A DNA stretch of 64,000 nucleotides from an uncultured delta proteobacterium (GCA_963729715.1 CAVSPA010000012.1:12985-76984); one strand, 5' to 3'; shown: positions 1 through 10,451, counted from the stretch's first letter. Numbers and translations: made by a program. The notes: generated from the sequence alone by a model not told the origin.

Positions 1-353
1 ACAACGACTATAATTTCGGACATCCCGTTAAAAGGTGAATCCTTGACCTTCGTTTCATATTTCAGCGTATCATAGGGCTCCGGGAAACGACCCTTGTTTT
101 CCTGTGGATTTTCCTCCATTTCCTCGATCTTTTCCTTTGCAAGATTTGTAATGTTCGTTACAGCAAACTGCCTCTGATTTATCCCCAGGTTATAGCTTAG
201 GGTGTATAGCAAGGTGATCAGTAGCCCCCCAACAATGGCGAGGCTTATCATAACCTCCAGAAGCGTAAAGCCCCTTTTTTGCCTTTTAATAAAGGATTGC
301 CACCTCACAGAAGCTTTTCGCAATGACATTACGAAGATCCTAAATCCCCTCAT
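1..353 (-). CDS. gspI: T2SS minor pseudopilin GspI (runs off the window start)
   Basis: Not in ORF track. My translation: ...KRQKRG|FTLLEVMISLAIVGGLLITLL..., a prepilin motif, following gspH. Start ATG at 353 or 329. Confidence 0.8.
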   Translation of the reverse strand, partial: MRGFRIFVMSLRKASVRWQSFIKRQKRGFTLLEVMISLAIVGGLLITLLYTLSYNLGINQRQFAVTNITNLAKEKIEEMEENPQENKGRFPEPYDTLKYETKVKDSPFNGMSEIIVV

Positions 354-810
354 TTGCTAATACCTTCACCCTACCGCTTAGGGCGTTAAAGACAACTGCC
401 ATGGACGATTCGATGCCAGTTAAATGAACCGAGAAATTCTCTCCCGCCCCTACTGGACTCAAAAAAACCGTCACTTCACCACTGGAGATATTCCCCTTCG
501 CTTGCGTTGTAATATGGGACAGAGTGTCAATTCTTTCCATTTTTTCGCCGTCAGGTCCTTTGTAGTGCATTGTCTTTTCATTAAAATTTATATTTACAAT
601 ATAGGTTTCTTTTGTGGATATGGCGCTGTCATTGAGATATCTCAGGGTCGACGCAATATGACCTGCTTCAGACTTTAGCTTCCCATCCTTCTGAAGTGTA
701 AAAGTTGGAAAAGAGACGGCAAGAACAACTGAGACAACAAAAATAACGACAATTAGTTCTAAGAGGGTAAATGCTTTATTACTGCAGATCCCAATTCTTA
801 ATGTCAGCAT
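340..810 (-). CDS. gspH: T2SS pseudopilin GspH-like
   Basis: KA|FTLLELIVV prepilin motif, position between gspG and gspI. Start at 810 preferred over 870. Confidence 0.75.
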   Translation of the reverse strand: MLTLRIGICSNKAFTLLELIVVIFVVSVVLAVSFPTFTLQKDGKLKSEAGHIASTLRYLNDSAISTKETYIVNINFNEKTMHYKGPDGEKMERIDTLSHITTQAKGNISSGEVTVFLSPVGAGENFSVHLTGIESSMAVVFNALSGRVKVLANEGI

Positions 811-1222
811 CCTTGCCCTCTCCACCTTCCTTGCCATCGGCTCCATAACTGATAATATCGAAATCCCCATGTAGCCCGGGACACAGATATATATAGGGAT
901 TGCCCCATGGGTCCAATGGGATCTTCTTCTGCTCCAAATAGCCGCCGTCTCGGTATTTGGGTGGGATCTGCCCCACTGTCGGCTTCTCGATCAGGGCCTC
1001 TAAACCCTGCTGGGTATCGGGATAAAAGCCGTTATCGAGCTTGAATAATTTCAAGGCTATCTCGAAATTTTTTATCTGAAGCTTGGCATCTGTGATACGG
1101 GCATCATCTGTACGCCCGATAATCCTTGGCGCTACCAGGGCAACTAATATGCTCAGGATGAAAACAACAACGATGATTTCAAGCAGGGTGAAACCTTCTT
1201 TGCGAGAATACACAGCTTTCAT
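779..1222 (-). CDS. gspG: T2SS major pseudopilin GspG
   Basis: G|FTLLEI, YPDTQQGLEAL, DPWGNPY, SYGADGKEGGEGKDADI. Confidence 0.95.
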   Translation of the reverse strand: MKAVYSRKEGFTLLEIIVVVFILSILVALVAPRIIGRTDDARITDAKLQIKNFEIALKLFKLDNGFYPDTQQGLEALIEKPTVGQIPPKYRDGGYLEQKKIPLDPWGNPYIYLCPGLHGDFDIISYGADGKEGGEGKDADIKNWDLQ

Positions 1223-1277
1223 GCTTTTTCTCCTGTTTTTATTTCATGAGACAGGCGAAACGCTTGTCTTATGCCCT

Positions 1278-2453
1278 CTACTTCACCAACTGATTTAATT
1301 GGAAGATAGGCAGCAATACTGCCAGTACAATAAAACAAACTATGAGGGCCATAAATATTATCATAACCGGCTCGAAGATCGAGATGGTTCTGTCAACCTT
1401 CCTAATAAACTCTTCTTCATAAGATGATGCCGCTTTTTCCAGTGTTTGAGCCAGTTTCCCCGTCTTTTCACCGGTAGCTACAAGCTGCACAAACACGGAT
1501 GGAAAACCCTCTAGCGATGATGCAACCGTCTGCCCCTCTGCAACTTTTTCTCCTGCATAAAAAATGTTGGCTTCCAAGGCCCTGTTCCCTATAGCAGCAG
1601 CTGACAGCTTCAGTGCTGCTAACACCGGCAGTCCACCGCTGATGAGAACCTCCATGGATCGTGCAAATCTTGCATAATAGAGACTCTGCATAATGCCACC
1701 AGGCAGTTTGAGGATAAGCCTGTCTACCCTTTCCCTGTTTTTACTGATGTACTTCCTCACGGACATGACGCTGACGGCCAAAATACCAATTATGGCCCAC
1801 CAGTATTTAGCAAAGGCATTGCTTATCGATATGAGGATCATTGTTATAAATGGGAGTGTACTTTTCGTATCCGCAAATATCCTGACAAGCTTAGGTATGA
1901 CGAAGGTAAAGAGAAATGAGAGGACTATTATACTTACTCCCGCCATCAGTATGGGGTAAATCATGGATGAGCGTATCTTTGATCTCACAACGCTTTGATG
2001 TTCAAGGAAATCGGCAAGCTTGGCAAGGACGATGTCTAACGCCCCGCTTGCTTCACCAGCCTGTATCATATGAATGTAGTGGCCGGAAAAAATATGACCA
2101 TACTCCTGCAATGCCTTGTACAAACTTGCACCACCTGAGAGTTGCTCTTTTATTGCTATTAAAATCTCCCTGTAATATCCCTGATACTCATCGGAAAGAC
2201 TCCGCAAAGCGTCCATCAAAGGCACACCGGAGGAAATGAGGATGGAAAGCTGACGGGTCATATTTGGCAGAAATGTTTCATCTCTTCCCCGGAATACCCC
2301 CTTTTTTTTCTTCGTAGCAGATTCAACGACATCCGTGGGCAGGACTTTTCTTGCCTTAACCTGAGAGATCGCGTCACGCAGCGTCGGAGCCTCGATGGAG
2401 CCTCGTTCCTCTGTGCCATCTGCGGCATAACCTTTATAATGAAATATCGGCAT
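1278..2453 (-). CDS. gspF: T2SS inner-membrane platform protein GspF
   Basis: RQLSILISSGVPL, AGEASGALD, TGEKTGKL, EP motifs; three TM segments. Confidence 0.93.
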   Translation of the reverse strand: MPIFHYKGYAADGTEERGSIEAPTLRDAISQVKARKVLPTDVVESATKKKKGVFRGRDETFLPNMTRQLSILISSGVPLMDALRSLSDEYQGYYREILIAIKEQLSGGASLYKALQEYGHIFSGHYIHMIQAGEASGALDIVLAKLADFLEHQSVVRSKIRSSMIYPILMAGVSIIVLSFLFTFVIPKLVRIFADTKSTLPFITMILISISNAFAKYWWAIIGILAVSVMSVRKYISKNRERVDRLILKLPGGIMQSLYYARFARSMEVLISGGLPVLAALKLSAAAIGNRALEANIFYAGEKVAEGQTVASSLEGFPSVFVQLVATGEKTGKLAQTLEKAASSYEEEFIRKVDRTISIFEPVMIIFMALIVCFIVLAVLLPIFQLNQLVK

Positions 2454-3954
2454 AATCCTTCTGCGTCACTCGTAAAATTTCCTGAAGAGTCGTAACCCCG
2501 CGTATGACCTTATCGAGACCATCTGTGAAGAGGGTTTTCATGTGCTTTTCAACAGCATAATTTTTTATATCCTGCGCACTGACTCTACCCGATATCATCT
2601 GTCTGATTTCAGCATCAACAACCAGGAGTTCATATATCCCCGTCCTCCCCAAATATCCACTTTCTCTGCAATGTGAACATCCTTTCCCCCTGTATAATGT
2701 TGACACGTTGGCGGACAGATATACCCAATCTGCGCCTGTTGCCGTGTATTCCTCCCTACAGTGCGGGCAAAGTGTCCTGACAAGCCTCTGGGCAAGGACG
2801 GCAGAGAGGGACGATGCGACGAGGAAGGGCTCTACGCCCATATCGACCAACCGTATCACGGCAGAAGACGCATCAATGGTGTGTAAAGTACTCAGCACAA
2901 GGTGACCTGTCAGAGAGGCCTGAATGGCAATCTCTGCTGTTTCATAATCCCTTATCTCACCGACCATGATGATATCTGGATCCTGCCGCAAAATGGATCG
3001 GAGACCGGATGCAAACGAAAGTCCAATTTTGGGATTGACATGTATCTGTCCGATGCCCTTCAGTTGGTATTCGACGGGGTCTTCTATCGTGACGATGTTT
3101 TTCTCTTCTGTGTAAATTCGGTTCAGTGCCGCATAGAGAGTCGTCGTCTTACCACTTCCTGTGGGACCCGTGACAAGAATAATACCGCTTGTCCTTGCTA
3201 AAAGATTCTCAAAGGACACCCTTTCATTTTCATCAAATCCCATTTCGGCAAGGCCTATCAGGCCTTGCTTTCTATGCAACAACCTAAGGACGGCGCGTTC
3301 GCCGAAAACGGTTGGAACGGTTGATACTCTGAGGTCGATATTTTCCCCCCCGATGAGAATCTGTATACGGCCATCCTGGGGAAGTCTCTTCTCGGCAATA
3401 TCCATACTGGCCATGATTTTCACCCTGCTTATCAAAGCATCCTGAATGATCTTCGGAGGGCTCAAGACCTTGCGCAGGATACCATCAACCCGCATGCGAA
3501 CTTCAAGCTCCTTTTCATACGGCTCAATGTGGATATCACTGGCCCTTTCCTTGGCGGCTTGCTGGAAAAGGGCGTTAAGAAGCCTTATGATCGGTGCATC
3601 TTCAATCAGTTCAAGAAGATCCTTTGGTTTTTCAAATTCGGTGGCAACTGATGAGAGATCATCACCTGATATGTTGTCCATAACTTCCACAGCAGTGCCT
3701 AGCTGACCATAAAAACGGCTTATGGCATCGACAAGAATCCCCTTTTCCACTTTAATGGGACGCGGCTTTAGATCATATTTTTTTGCAAGTTCAGAAACGG
3801 CAAAGACTCCCTTGTCATCTGCAACGGCTGCTACAAGATAACCCCCCAGCTTCTTCAGCGGAAGGATAAGATTATTCCTGGAGAATGAGAACGGGATCTC
3901 TTGCATCAGAGAAATATCTACATCATCATCCTTGATGGTTTCTACGAGTTCCAT
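2434..3954 (-). CDS. gspE: T2SS ATPase GspE
   Basis: ASDIHIEP, GPTGSGKTT, TIEDPVEY, LRQDPD, tetra-Cys motif. AAGGAG RBS before ATG 3954 (ORF track starts at 4068). Confidence 0.95.
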   Translation of the reverse strand: MELVETIKDDDVDISLMQEIPFSFSRNNLILPLKKLGGYLVAAVADDKGVFAVSELAKKYDLKPRPIKVEKGILVDAISRFYGQLGTAVEVMDNISGDDLSSVATEFEKPKDLLELIEDAPIIRLLNALFQQAAKERASDIHIEPYEKELEVRMRVDGILRKVLSPPKIIQDALISRVKIMASMDIAEKRLPQDGRIQILIGGENIDLRVSTVPTVFGERAVLRLLHRKQGLIGLAEMGFDENERVSFENLLARTSGIILVTGPTGSGKTTTLYAALNRIYTEEKNIVTIEDPVEYQLKGIGQIHVNPKIGLSFASGLRSILRQDPDIIMVGEIRDYETAEIAIQASLTGHLVLSTLHTIDASSAVIRLVDMGVEPFLVASSLSAVLAQRLVRTLCPHCREEYTATGADWVYLSANVSTLYRGKGCSHCRESGYLGRTGIYELLVVDAEIRQMISGRVSAQDIKNYAVEKHMKTLFTDGLDKVIRGVTTLQEILRVTQKDYADISL

Positions 3955-4075
3955 ATCTCCTTCAATAATCCTCCTATTGTTTCGTTTAGTACCATGTCCA
4001 ATATTGATCGCGTCATTTATCATTTCCATCATCACTAAAAGACACACCTGATTCCAGGTCTTATCCACATCTTTC

Positions 4076-4516
4076 TTATTCTTCCGGTTTCAGCTTTGAT
4101 AATCGTCCTTCAGATTTCAGTTGGACAAAACTTCCGGAATGCGCTTCTAAAATTTTCTTTTTCTCCATATAGTGGCAGGCATCTTCAATGCTGGTAAAAT
4201 GTCCGATCAATATTCTATACTAAACATCCCGTTTCCGCGCTTTAACTCTTTCTATGTAAATATCTAGTTGTGTTTTTATCAGATCCTCTACAAACACCAT
4301 CGCATCTTTCTTTTCTGCCTCAGGATAAGCTATTATCTGAATGGCATATTTGCCATTTTTTGTAACCCTTCACGGGGCAGCAGGAGCAAACTCTTTAGTT
4401 TGACCCTTAAGGTTTTTATCTTCAACAGGTAAGACTGCAGCAGGTTGGACATTTGGCTTTACAGAAGTTTTACTCGCTGCACTTGAAGGAATAGAGGGTC
4501 GCGATAATTTACCTTC
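4076..4516 (-). pseudogene. Decayed SPOR-domain-like gene
   Basis: One frame reads ...FAPAAP*RVTKNGKYAIQIIAY...RKRDV*YRILIGHFTSIEDA...SFV; in-frame stops at 4370-4372 and 4220-4222; no obvious start. Confidence 0.65.
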
Positions 4517-4517
4517 A

Positions 4518-6416
4518 CTACTGCATTTGAATAAGATTAATGGGTTCGGCCTTCTGTACCTCCGGCAACGCTGAGAATTGATTGGCAGCCTCTTCCAGGC
4601 TTATCCCCTCTTTTAGCTTAATGCGATATGTGTTCTCCTTGACAATTTTCATAATCGCAGCCTTCTGACGAATAACAATAGTCTTCGCTGCTTCCTCTGT
4701 CACGCCGCTTTTGAATGTCACGATCAGCTCTCCTTCAATATAAAGTTTCTCTTTTTGGGTAAAGTCATTTAGCTTATCTCTGGAAAGCTGGCCCAAGTTA
4801 GCTGCTTCTGTAACTATATGAGGTGTCAAAAATACTAAGAGGTTGGTCTTAGTCTTCTGGGTCGTCTTGTATTTAAAAAGCCATCCGATCAGGGGAATGT
4901 CACCGAAGAAAGGTGCCTTCGTCGTTGTCTCTTCTTCGCTATCTTGCATGAGCCCACCAATTACGACAGTTTGTTTATCTTTAACGACCACCGATGTTTT
5001 TGTCGATCTCTTGGTAATCGTCGGACCGACAGTGGTCAAAATATTATCCGACTGCCCCCCGATGAGTGCAGAGACCTCCTGATATATATCCATCTTTACG
5101 TATTCACTCTCAGAAATCTGGGGGGTGATCTTCAGCGTAATGCCTACATCCTGCCTGGTGATGTTGTTAAGCACTGTATTCGCAGTCGTGATGTCCTGTT
5201 GTCTTGATGCAATAAAAGGGACATTCTGGCCAACGAGAATTTGCGCCTCTTTGTTGTCTGATGTTAATATCTGCGGAGTTGAAAGGACGTTTAGGGCATC
5301 CCTGAAATCACTCAAACTAAAGAGTACCGCAATACCGGGAGCTGTCACATTCGATGTCGCCCCAGGAATCATGGTCTGTGGTATGGTATAATAATTGCCC
5401 AGGCCTCCGATGGTAAGCCCTGTCAGACCGGTGATGATAGAGCTGATTGTGCTTGTGTCTACGCTTCCGACACCTGCAACAACTACCGGCGCTCCACCCG
5501 ACTGTACAGCAGCCCGCCATTGCGTGCCAAGTTGAATGAGTTTATTCAAAGATATCTCTGCAATCATGACCTCAACAAATACCTGCCGCCGCCGCTTATC
5601 CAGTTTTTTGATGATCGGCAATATATTCTGATAGTCGGAAGGGGATGCAACAATAATGAGGGCATTGGAGGCCTTGTCCGGCGTTATTGTAATCCCGCTT
5701 ACGGACTCAAATGCTGAGGCAACTGGGGGCTGCTTCTGAGGCTGTGCCTGCGCCGATTTAGTGAGTGTTTCCATCACTTTTGACAGTTCGGTTGCATCAG
5801 CGTTTTCAAGGAAATAGATGTTAATCGATCCCCGGTTCTCTAATGGTTTATCAATGGCATCGATGACTGACACGACATTTGCAATATTTACACCTGAGTC
5901 AATAACTAAGAGCAGATTACCCGGACCGAATACCGATATGTATCCATCTTTCGATATGATCGGGTGGACTAATTTCATTACTTCTGCCGCTGAAACATAT
6001 TTCAGTGGAATCAATTGGGCCGCATAGCTTGCATTGACGGGCCGCTTCTCTTTATCAAATTTTAACCCTTTCTGTTTTGCCTCCGAAGTGGGAATAATGG
6101 AATAAGCGTCTACGCCTGAAGGAATAACAGTAAACCCTTTCATTTCCAGAACAGCAGTGAAGAGATTGAATGTATCCGATACACTCAGTTTCGTAGGTGT
6201 AATTATCGTTATCTTTCCTTTTACACGCTCATCGAGAATGAAATTTTTGTGGGTTATTTCACTCACAAATTTTGTGATGACTGGTAGATCGACATCTACA
6301 AAGTTGAATTCCACCATGCTGTCCATCTTAAATGCCGCCATGGTATCGGCTGATATTGTCAAAACACACACAAGAAAAATTAGCATTGAGAGTCTTTTAA
6401 CTAACACGTTATACAT
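4518..6416 (-). CDS. gspD: T2SS secretin GspD with extra C-terminal domain
   Basis: N0 (NFVDVDL..DERVKGKITI), secretin core (QVFVEVMIAE, LSTPQILT, VIGGLM, PFFGDIPLIGWLFK, NLLVFLTPHI). Confidence 0.93.
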   Translation of the reverse strand: MYNVLVKRLSMLIFLVCVLTISADTMAAFKMDSMVEFNFVDVDLPVITKFVSEITHKNFILDERVKGKITIITPTKLSVSDTFNLFTAVLEMKGFTVIPSGVDAYSIIPTSEAKQKGLKFDKEKRPVNASYAAQLIPLKYVSAAEVMKLVHPIISKDGYISVFGPGNLLLVIDSGVNIANVVSVIDAIDKPLENRGSINIYFLENADATELSKVMETLTKSAQAQPQKQPPVASAFESVSGITITPDKASNALIIVASPSDYQNILPIIKKLDKRRRQVFVEVMIAEISLNKLIQLGTQWRAAVQSGGAPVVVAGVGSVDTSTISSIITGLTGLTIGGLGNYYTIPQTMIPGATSNVTAPGIAVLFSLSDFRDALNVLSTPQILTSDNKEAQILVGQNVPFIASRQQDITTANTVLNNITRQDVGITLKITPQISESEYVKMDIYQEVSALIGGQSDNILTTVGPTITKRSTKTSVVVKDKQTVVIGGLMQDSEEETTTKAPFFGDIPLIGWLFKYKTTQKTKTNLLVFLTPHIVTEAANLGQLSRDKLNDFTQKEKLYIEGELIVTFKSGVTEEAAKTIVIRQKAAIMKIVKENTYRIKLKEGISLEEAANQFSALPEVQKAEPINLIQMQ

Positions 6417-6432
6417 AGTTTACCGGTCTTCC

Positions 6433-7314
6433 TCATCTGATTTGATAATTGAGAGTCACCCTGTTACCGTTTCTGATTATGTCTAATTGTACTTTATCCA
6501 TCCCCTTCAAGGCCATAAATGTCTGAAGTGCATTCTCTGGATTTGAAATGTTGGAGTCATTGATCCGCAAAAGGATATCGCCATTCTTCATACCCAAGTT
6601 ATCGTAGAAACCATCTTTTCTTACTCCCTGCAGAATGAACCCATCTAGCTTACCCTTTACCATGTTAGGGATAAACTTTGCATCAGTCATGATCTTAGCA
6701 GGATTATCCAAAGCAACTAGTGTCGCCTTTTGGTCTATGATATACTCCCCTGTCCCGACAGATCGCACTGGTCCGGTTATTCCTGTAGTACCCTTGGTAG
6801 CCTGCATATCGTTTAAGGTCAGCTGATCGGCCATACTAATTTTCATCATTTTCCCATTTTTCTGAATGAATATGCTGTCTTTTTCAACCGTTTTAAGCTT
6901 TCCCAACCCGAATACCATCTCTCCAGTCTTGAACATTGATTGTTTTCCATCACCGCCAATAAAAACGGCATAGCCGTTTTTATCACTTCCAGAAATTGTT
7001 CCCACGAGCCTAATATCAGAAAATGCTGCTTGGTCTCCATGGGAAGGACCTTGCTTTACCGAACCAGCAGATACGCCAAACGGGTTGATTTGAAGGAGCG
7101 CTTCATATTCCTGAAAACTTTTATTTTCATGTTTGCCGGATTCGATCGGGGCAGTTGAAAGAGGTTTCACATCTTTTTTTTGAACCACCGTTATGATATT
7201 CCTCGCAAAAAAAACCAGAGAAGCAAGTAGTAATAACCCGATGGTAATATTCACGACTGTTACTATCTTCAAGTAATGACGTTTTATGCTTATAACTGCC
7301 ATACTGCAAATCAT
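6433..7314 (-). CDS. gspC: T2SS GspC-like protein (TM, HR domain, PDZ)
   Basis: N-terminal TM, RLVGTISG, PDZ-like GMKNGDILLRIN; first gene of the operon. Confidence 0.8.
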   Translation of the reverse strand: MICSMAVISIKRHYLKIVTVVNITIGLLLLASLVFFARNIITVVQKKDVKPLSTAPIESGKHENKSFQEYEALLQINPFGVSAGSVKQGPSHGDQAAFSDIRLVGTISGSDKNGYAVFIGGDGKQSMFKTGEMVFGLGKLKTVEKDSIFIQKNGKMMKISMADQLTLNDMQATKGTTGITGPVRSVGTGEYIIDQKATLVALDNPAKIMTDAKFIPNMVKGKLDGFILQGVRKDGFYDNLGMKNGDILLRINDSNISNPENALQTFMALKGMDKVQLDIIRNGNRVTLNYQIR

Positions 7315-7628
7315 TCAATTAACACGTCAGACACTATTCCAGTCTTTCTTCAGAAATAACATGAAACACGGGAAAATCGTACCAAACACTTATCACTAAG
7401 AGCAAATGTATGTTGCAATCTTACAATTTTTCAACGGCCCATAAGATTTTTCCTGTCAGTCAAACTGATAAGAATGGACACTTTTAAAAGCCCCGACAAA
7501 AAATAATTAAGTATTATGCCTAATAATAGTTTCTTTGTAGTAACACAAAAAAAGATAAATGTCATGGCAGAATTCTAACTTAACATGTGATATATGTTCT
7601 GGGAGGGCAGAGTCACCCTTTGTGTTGA

Positions 7629-8264
7629 ATGGATATCACGATCATGACAATAGTTGCAGGTAAATTCAGACTGTTTGCGTTTCTGATTGTATTTAGTCAC
7701 GCTCTTATTGTAATTCCGACAATAGGTCTTGCTGACGAAAAATCAGACAAAGGAGAAACGTCCAGGACACCTTTAATTTCTGAGTTAGGGCTTATTTCCG
7801 GATATGGAAAAGGCTCAGTTTACGAAGGAAGCTATCAGGTGATTCCTTTTATCTTACGCATTGGGATTGATGCAAAAGTCTTCTTCTCGAGTCTAGCTGG
7901 CCATAAAGGAACTATTTCTTTAATACTTGAACCTCAATTAAATTATGTTACGGAACCTGAAAAGGACATAGAGTTTGGCATCGGTCTCGGGGTTCAGTAT
8001 TCTTATCCGCTGACAGAAAGGTTCTCCCCTTATATTCTAGGCGTGGTAGGTCCCCACTATTTCAATTTGGAAACAGAGACACAAGCAAAAGGATTTATAT
8101 TCTCATGCACTGCCGGCGCAGGGTCTTATTTCTTCTTCACTAAAGACATAGCCCTTAACATTGGATACAGGCTTCGCCACATGTCTAACGCGTATACCAG
8201 AACACCAAACTATGGGATTGACAGTCATTTTGCCATCGTAGGACTGTCAATTTTCTTTAGATAA
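7629..8264 (+). CDS. PagL-like lipid A 3-O-deacylase / acyloxyacyl hydrolase beta-barrel
   Basis: Signal peptide; C-terminal RHMSNA (H-x-S-N) motif; terminal aromatic beta strand. Confidence 0.75.
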   Translation: MDITIMTIVAGKFRLFAFLIVFSHALIVIPTIGLADEKSDKGETSRTPLISELGLISGYGKGSVYEGSYQVIPFILRIGIDAKVFFSSLAGHKGTISLILEPQLNYVTEPEKDIEFGIGLGVQYSYPLTERFSPYILGVVGPHYFNLETETQAKGFIFSCTAGAGSYFFFTKDIALNIGYRLRHMSNAYTRTPNYGIDSHFAIVGLSIFFR

Positions 8265-8415
8265 GAAAAGTCATAAATTCATGGACAGGAAGAGGAAGAA
8301 GTGGCAGAAGATGAACATTATGAGGACATCTACGACTGCGCGAGATTGGCGAATTAAGGTAAGGTAATCAAAAATATTTCAATTACATTAGAAAATTTAT
8401 GTTACTTAAAGAAGA

Positions 8416-9870
8416 TTGAATCCTGCCGGAGGTAGTATGAAGAATTATAGCAAGGTAGAACATATGAAGTTTTCTGTAGCGATGTTGGTTTTATTATTAA
8501 GTATGGTTACAATAGTTATGCTTTCAGGATGTGGCGACTTGTTGAGCTCCGAGACATTTACGATTTCTGGTGTGATCACATCAGGCGGCTCACCGCTCTC
8601 AGGTGTAACAGTAACTCTTTCCGGCGATGGTTCGGGGGTCGTGACTACAGATAGTCATGGTAATTATAGCTTTGATGTATCGAACTACAGCTCATACGTT
8701 ATTACCCCTTCACTTGCAGCATACACCTTTAGACCGATAAACCGGAGCGCCTATATCTATGGCCTAAGTGGGAGCGGTTTCAGCTTCAGCGGTTTTGGGA
8801 GCGGTGCGGTGTCGACGTCATATCACACCGTTTACCTTAGGAGCGACGGCACGGTCTGGACGTGGGGGTATAATAGCAATGGTCAGCTTGGTAACGGGAA
8901 TACGACTAATAGTGATACCCCTGCGCAGCTGGGCGGACTGTCAGGCATGACAGCCGTTGCAGCAGGCTATGACCATACTGTTGCCCTGAAGAATGACGGC
9001 ACGGTCTGGACGTGGGGAAGTAATAGTAATGGTCAGCTTGGTAACGGGCCTGGGCCTGATAGTCATAGCCCTGTGCAGGTGGGCGGACTGTCAGGCATGA
9101 CAGCCATCGCCGCAGGCTATAGATTCACTGTCGCACTGAAAAATGACGGCACGGTCTGGACGTGGGGGTATAATAGCAATGGTCAACTTGGTAACGGTAA
9201 TACGGGAACCGATAGTAATATCCCTGTGCAGGTGAGCGTAACGTCAGGACTGTCGAACGTAACAGGCGTTGCAGCAGGGTACAACCATGCAGTTGCTCTC
9301 ATGAACAGCAGCGGCGGCACAGTCTGGACATGGGGAAGTAACACTAATGGGCAGCTTGGTAACGGAACTACGACTGATAGTAATATCCCGGTGCCGGTCC
9401 CTGGGTTGGCTCCCGTAATAGCCATTGCCGCAGGCAACGCATTCACTGTCGCCTTGCGGGAGGACGCGCTCAACAGCTCAGTCTGGGCATGGGGGTACAA
9501 TAATGTTGGTCAGATCGGTGATGGAGCTACGACCGACGTTTGGAGCCCTGTGGAGGTAAGCGGAATGGTCGGCGCGGGCGCAATAGGCATAGCCGCAGGC
9601 TCCGACCACGCTGTCGCTATGAAGACTGATGGCACGGTCTGGACGTGGGGAGGTAATGGCAATGGTCAGCTTGGCAATGGGACTACGACAGGCAGCGTTA
9701 CCCCTGTGCAAGCAAGCGGAATGTCTGGTGTCGAGGCCGTTGCTGCAGGCGTTTACGATACTGTTACTCTGAAGATCGACAGCACGGTCTGGACGTGGGG
9801 GTACAATCTCTATGGTCAGCTTGGTAACGGGACGATAATCGATAGTGATATCCCTGTGAAGGCAATGTAG
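8416..9870 (+). CDS. Lipoprotein with carboxypeptidase-regulatory-like domain and 7 RCC1 repeats
   Basis: LSGC lipobox; ISGVITSGGSPLSGVTVTLSG; seven VW(T/A)WG.N..GQ(L/I)G repeats. True start may be 8437 or 8464. Confidence 0.85.
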   Translation: MNPAGGSMKNYSKVEHMKFSVAMLVLLLSMVTIVMLSGCGDLLSSETFTISGVITSGGSPLSGVTVTLSGDGSGVVTTDSHGNYSFDVSNYSSYVITPSLAAYTFRPINRSAYIYGLSGSGFSFSGFGSGAVSTSYHTVYLRSDGTVWTWGYNSNGQLGNGNTTNSDTPAQLGGLSGMTAVAAGYDHTVALKNDGTVWTWGSNSNGQLGNGPGPDSHSPVQVGGLSGMTAIAAGYRFTVALKNDGTVWTWGYNSNGQLGNGNTGTDSNIPVQVSVTSGLSNVTGVAAGYNHAVALMNSSGGTVWTWGSNTNGQLGNGTTTDSNIPVPVPGLAPVIAIAAGNAFTVALREDALNSSVWAWGYNNVGQIGDGATTDVWSPVEVSGMVGAGAIGIAAGSDHAVAMKTDGTVWTWGGNGNGQLGNGTTTGSVTPVQASGMSGVEAVAAGVYDTVTLKIDSTVWTWGYNLYGQLGNGTIIDSDIPVKAM

Positions 9871-9974
9871 CCATAAACTGGAAGTATACGGGACATATTC
9901 TGAATTATCGTAGATATCGGTAATAATTTATAATGATTTTCAGTGTTGCCCTGTTAAGCGATTGAATATTGCAT

Positions 9975-10014
9975 AATTAATGAGGAAAGAACAAATGTTT
10001 CTTCCTCATTAATT
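9975..10014. terminator. Intergenic hairpin, possible terminator
   Basis: Perfect 13-bp arms AATTAATGAGGAA / TTCCTCATTAATT downstream of the RCC1 gene. Confidence 0.4.
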
Positions 10015-10039
10015 TCTTGTCAAATACTGTTTTTCGCGT

Positions 10040-10114
10040 ATTTATGTTGTGTGATTGTAAAATCTAATGTGTAGCCGAAACGCATTTTATCAGTGACGAA
10101 CTCTTTTGGCGTTT
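10040..10114 (+). repeat. 75-bp direct repeat, copy 1
   Basis: 70/75 identical to 12816-12890. Confidence 0.9.
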
Positions 10115-10451
10115 TGTGGTTAAATTCCTTTGGGCAAGCTACTATCGAGAGAAAAAAGATTGTTGTGCTATGTCAGCATGAAGAAAATTTACGAACTCAA
10201 GTCGCCAGTTCCGATAATGGGATTAGTTCATTGATAACGGGTAGAAACATGCAAAGGTGGGACAGTTCATTTTCTGTTCATATAAAATCCGGCTTTCTTC
10301 CTTGTAATAAAGTATCCAGCGATTATAACGGATATCCAACCTTTCAAACAATACTCCTCAGATTACATCAGTAAATTCCTTGCCAGAAATCTGCTATTCT
10401 TACTGTGTTTACTGCCTTGATGGTCAGTTAGGTTTTTCATCGCCATTTTTC

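Noticed and set aside
4220..4372. Stops in the SPOR remnant as Sec/Pyl recoding
   Set aside because: Two different stop types, no Cys-equivalent context, no start codon; decay is the simpler explanation
8845..9300. Periodic repeats as a CRISPR array
   Set aside because: In-frame 150-bp coding RCC1 repeats, no unique spacers, no cas genes
10093..10440. 93-aa ORF or degraded gene
   Set aside because: No recognisable motif or RBS; the start lies inside the duplicated segment
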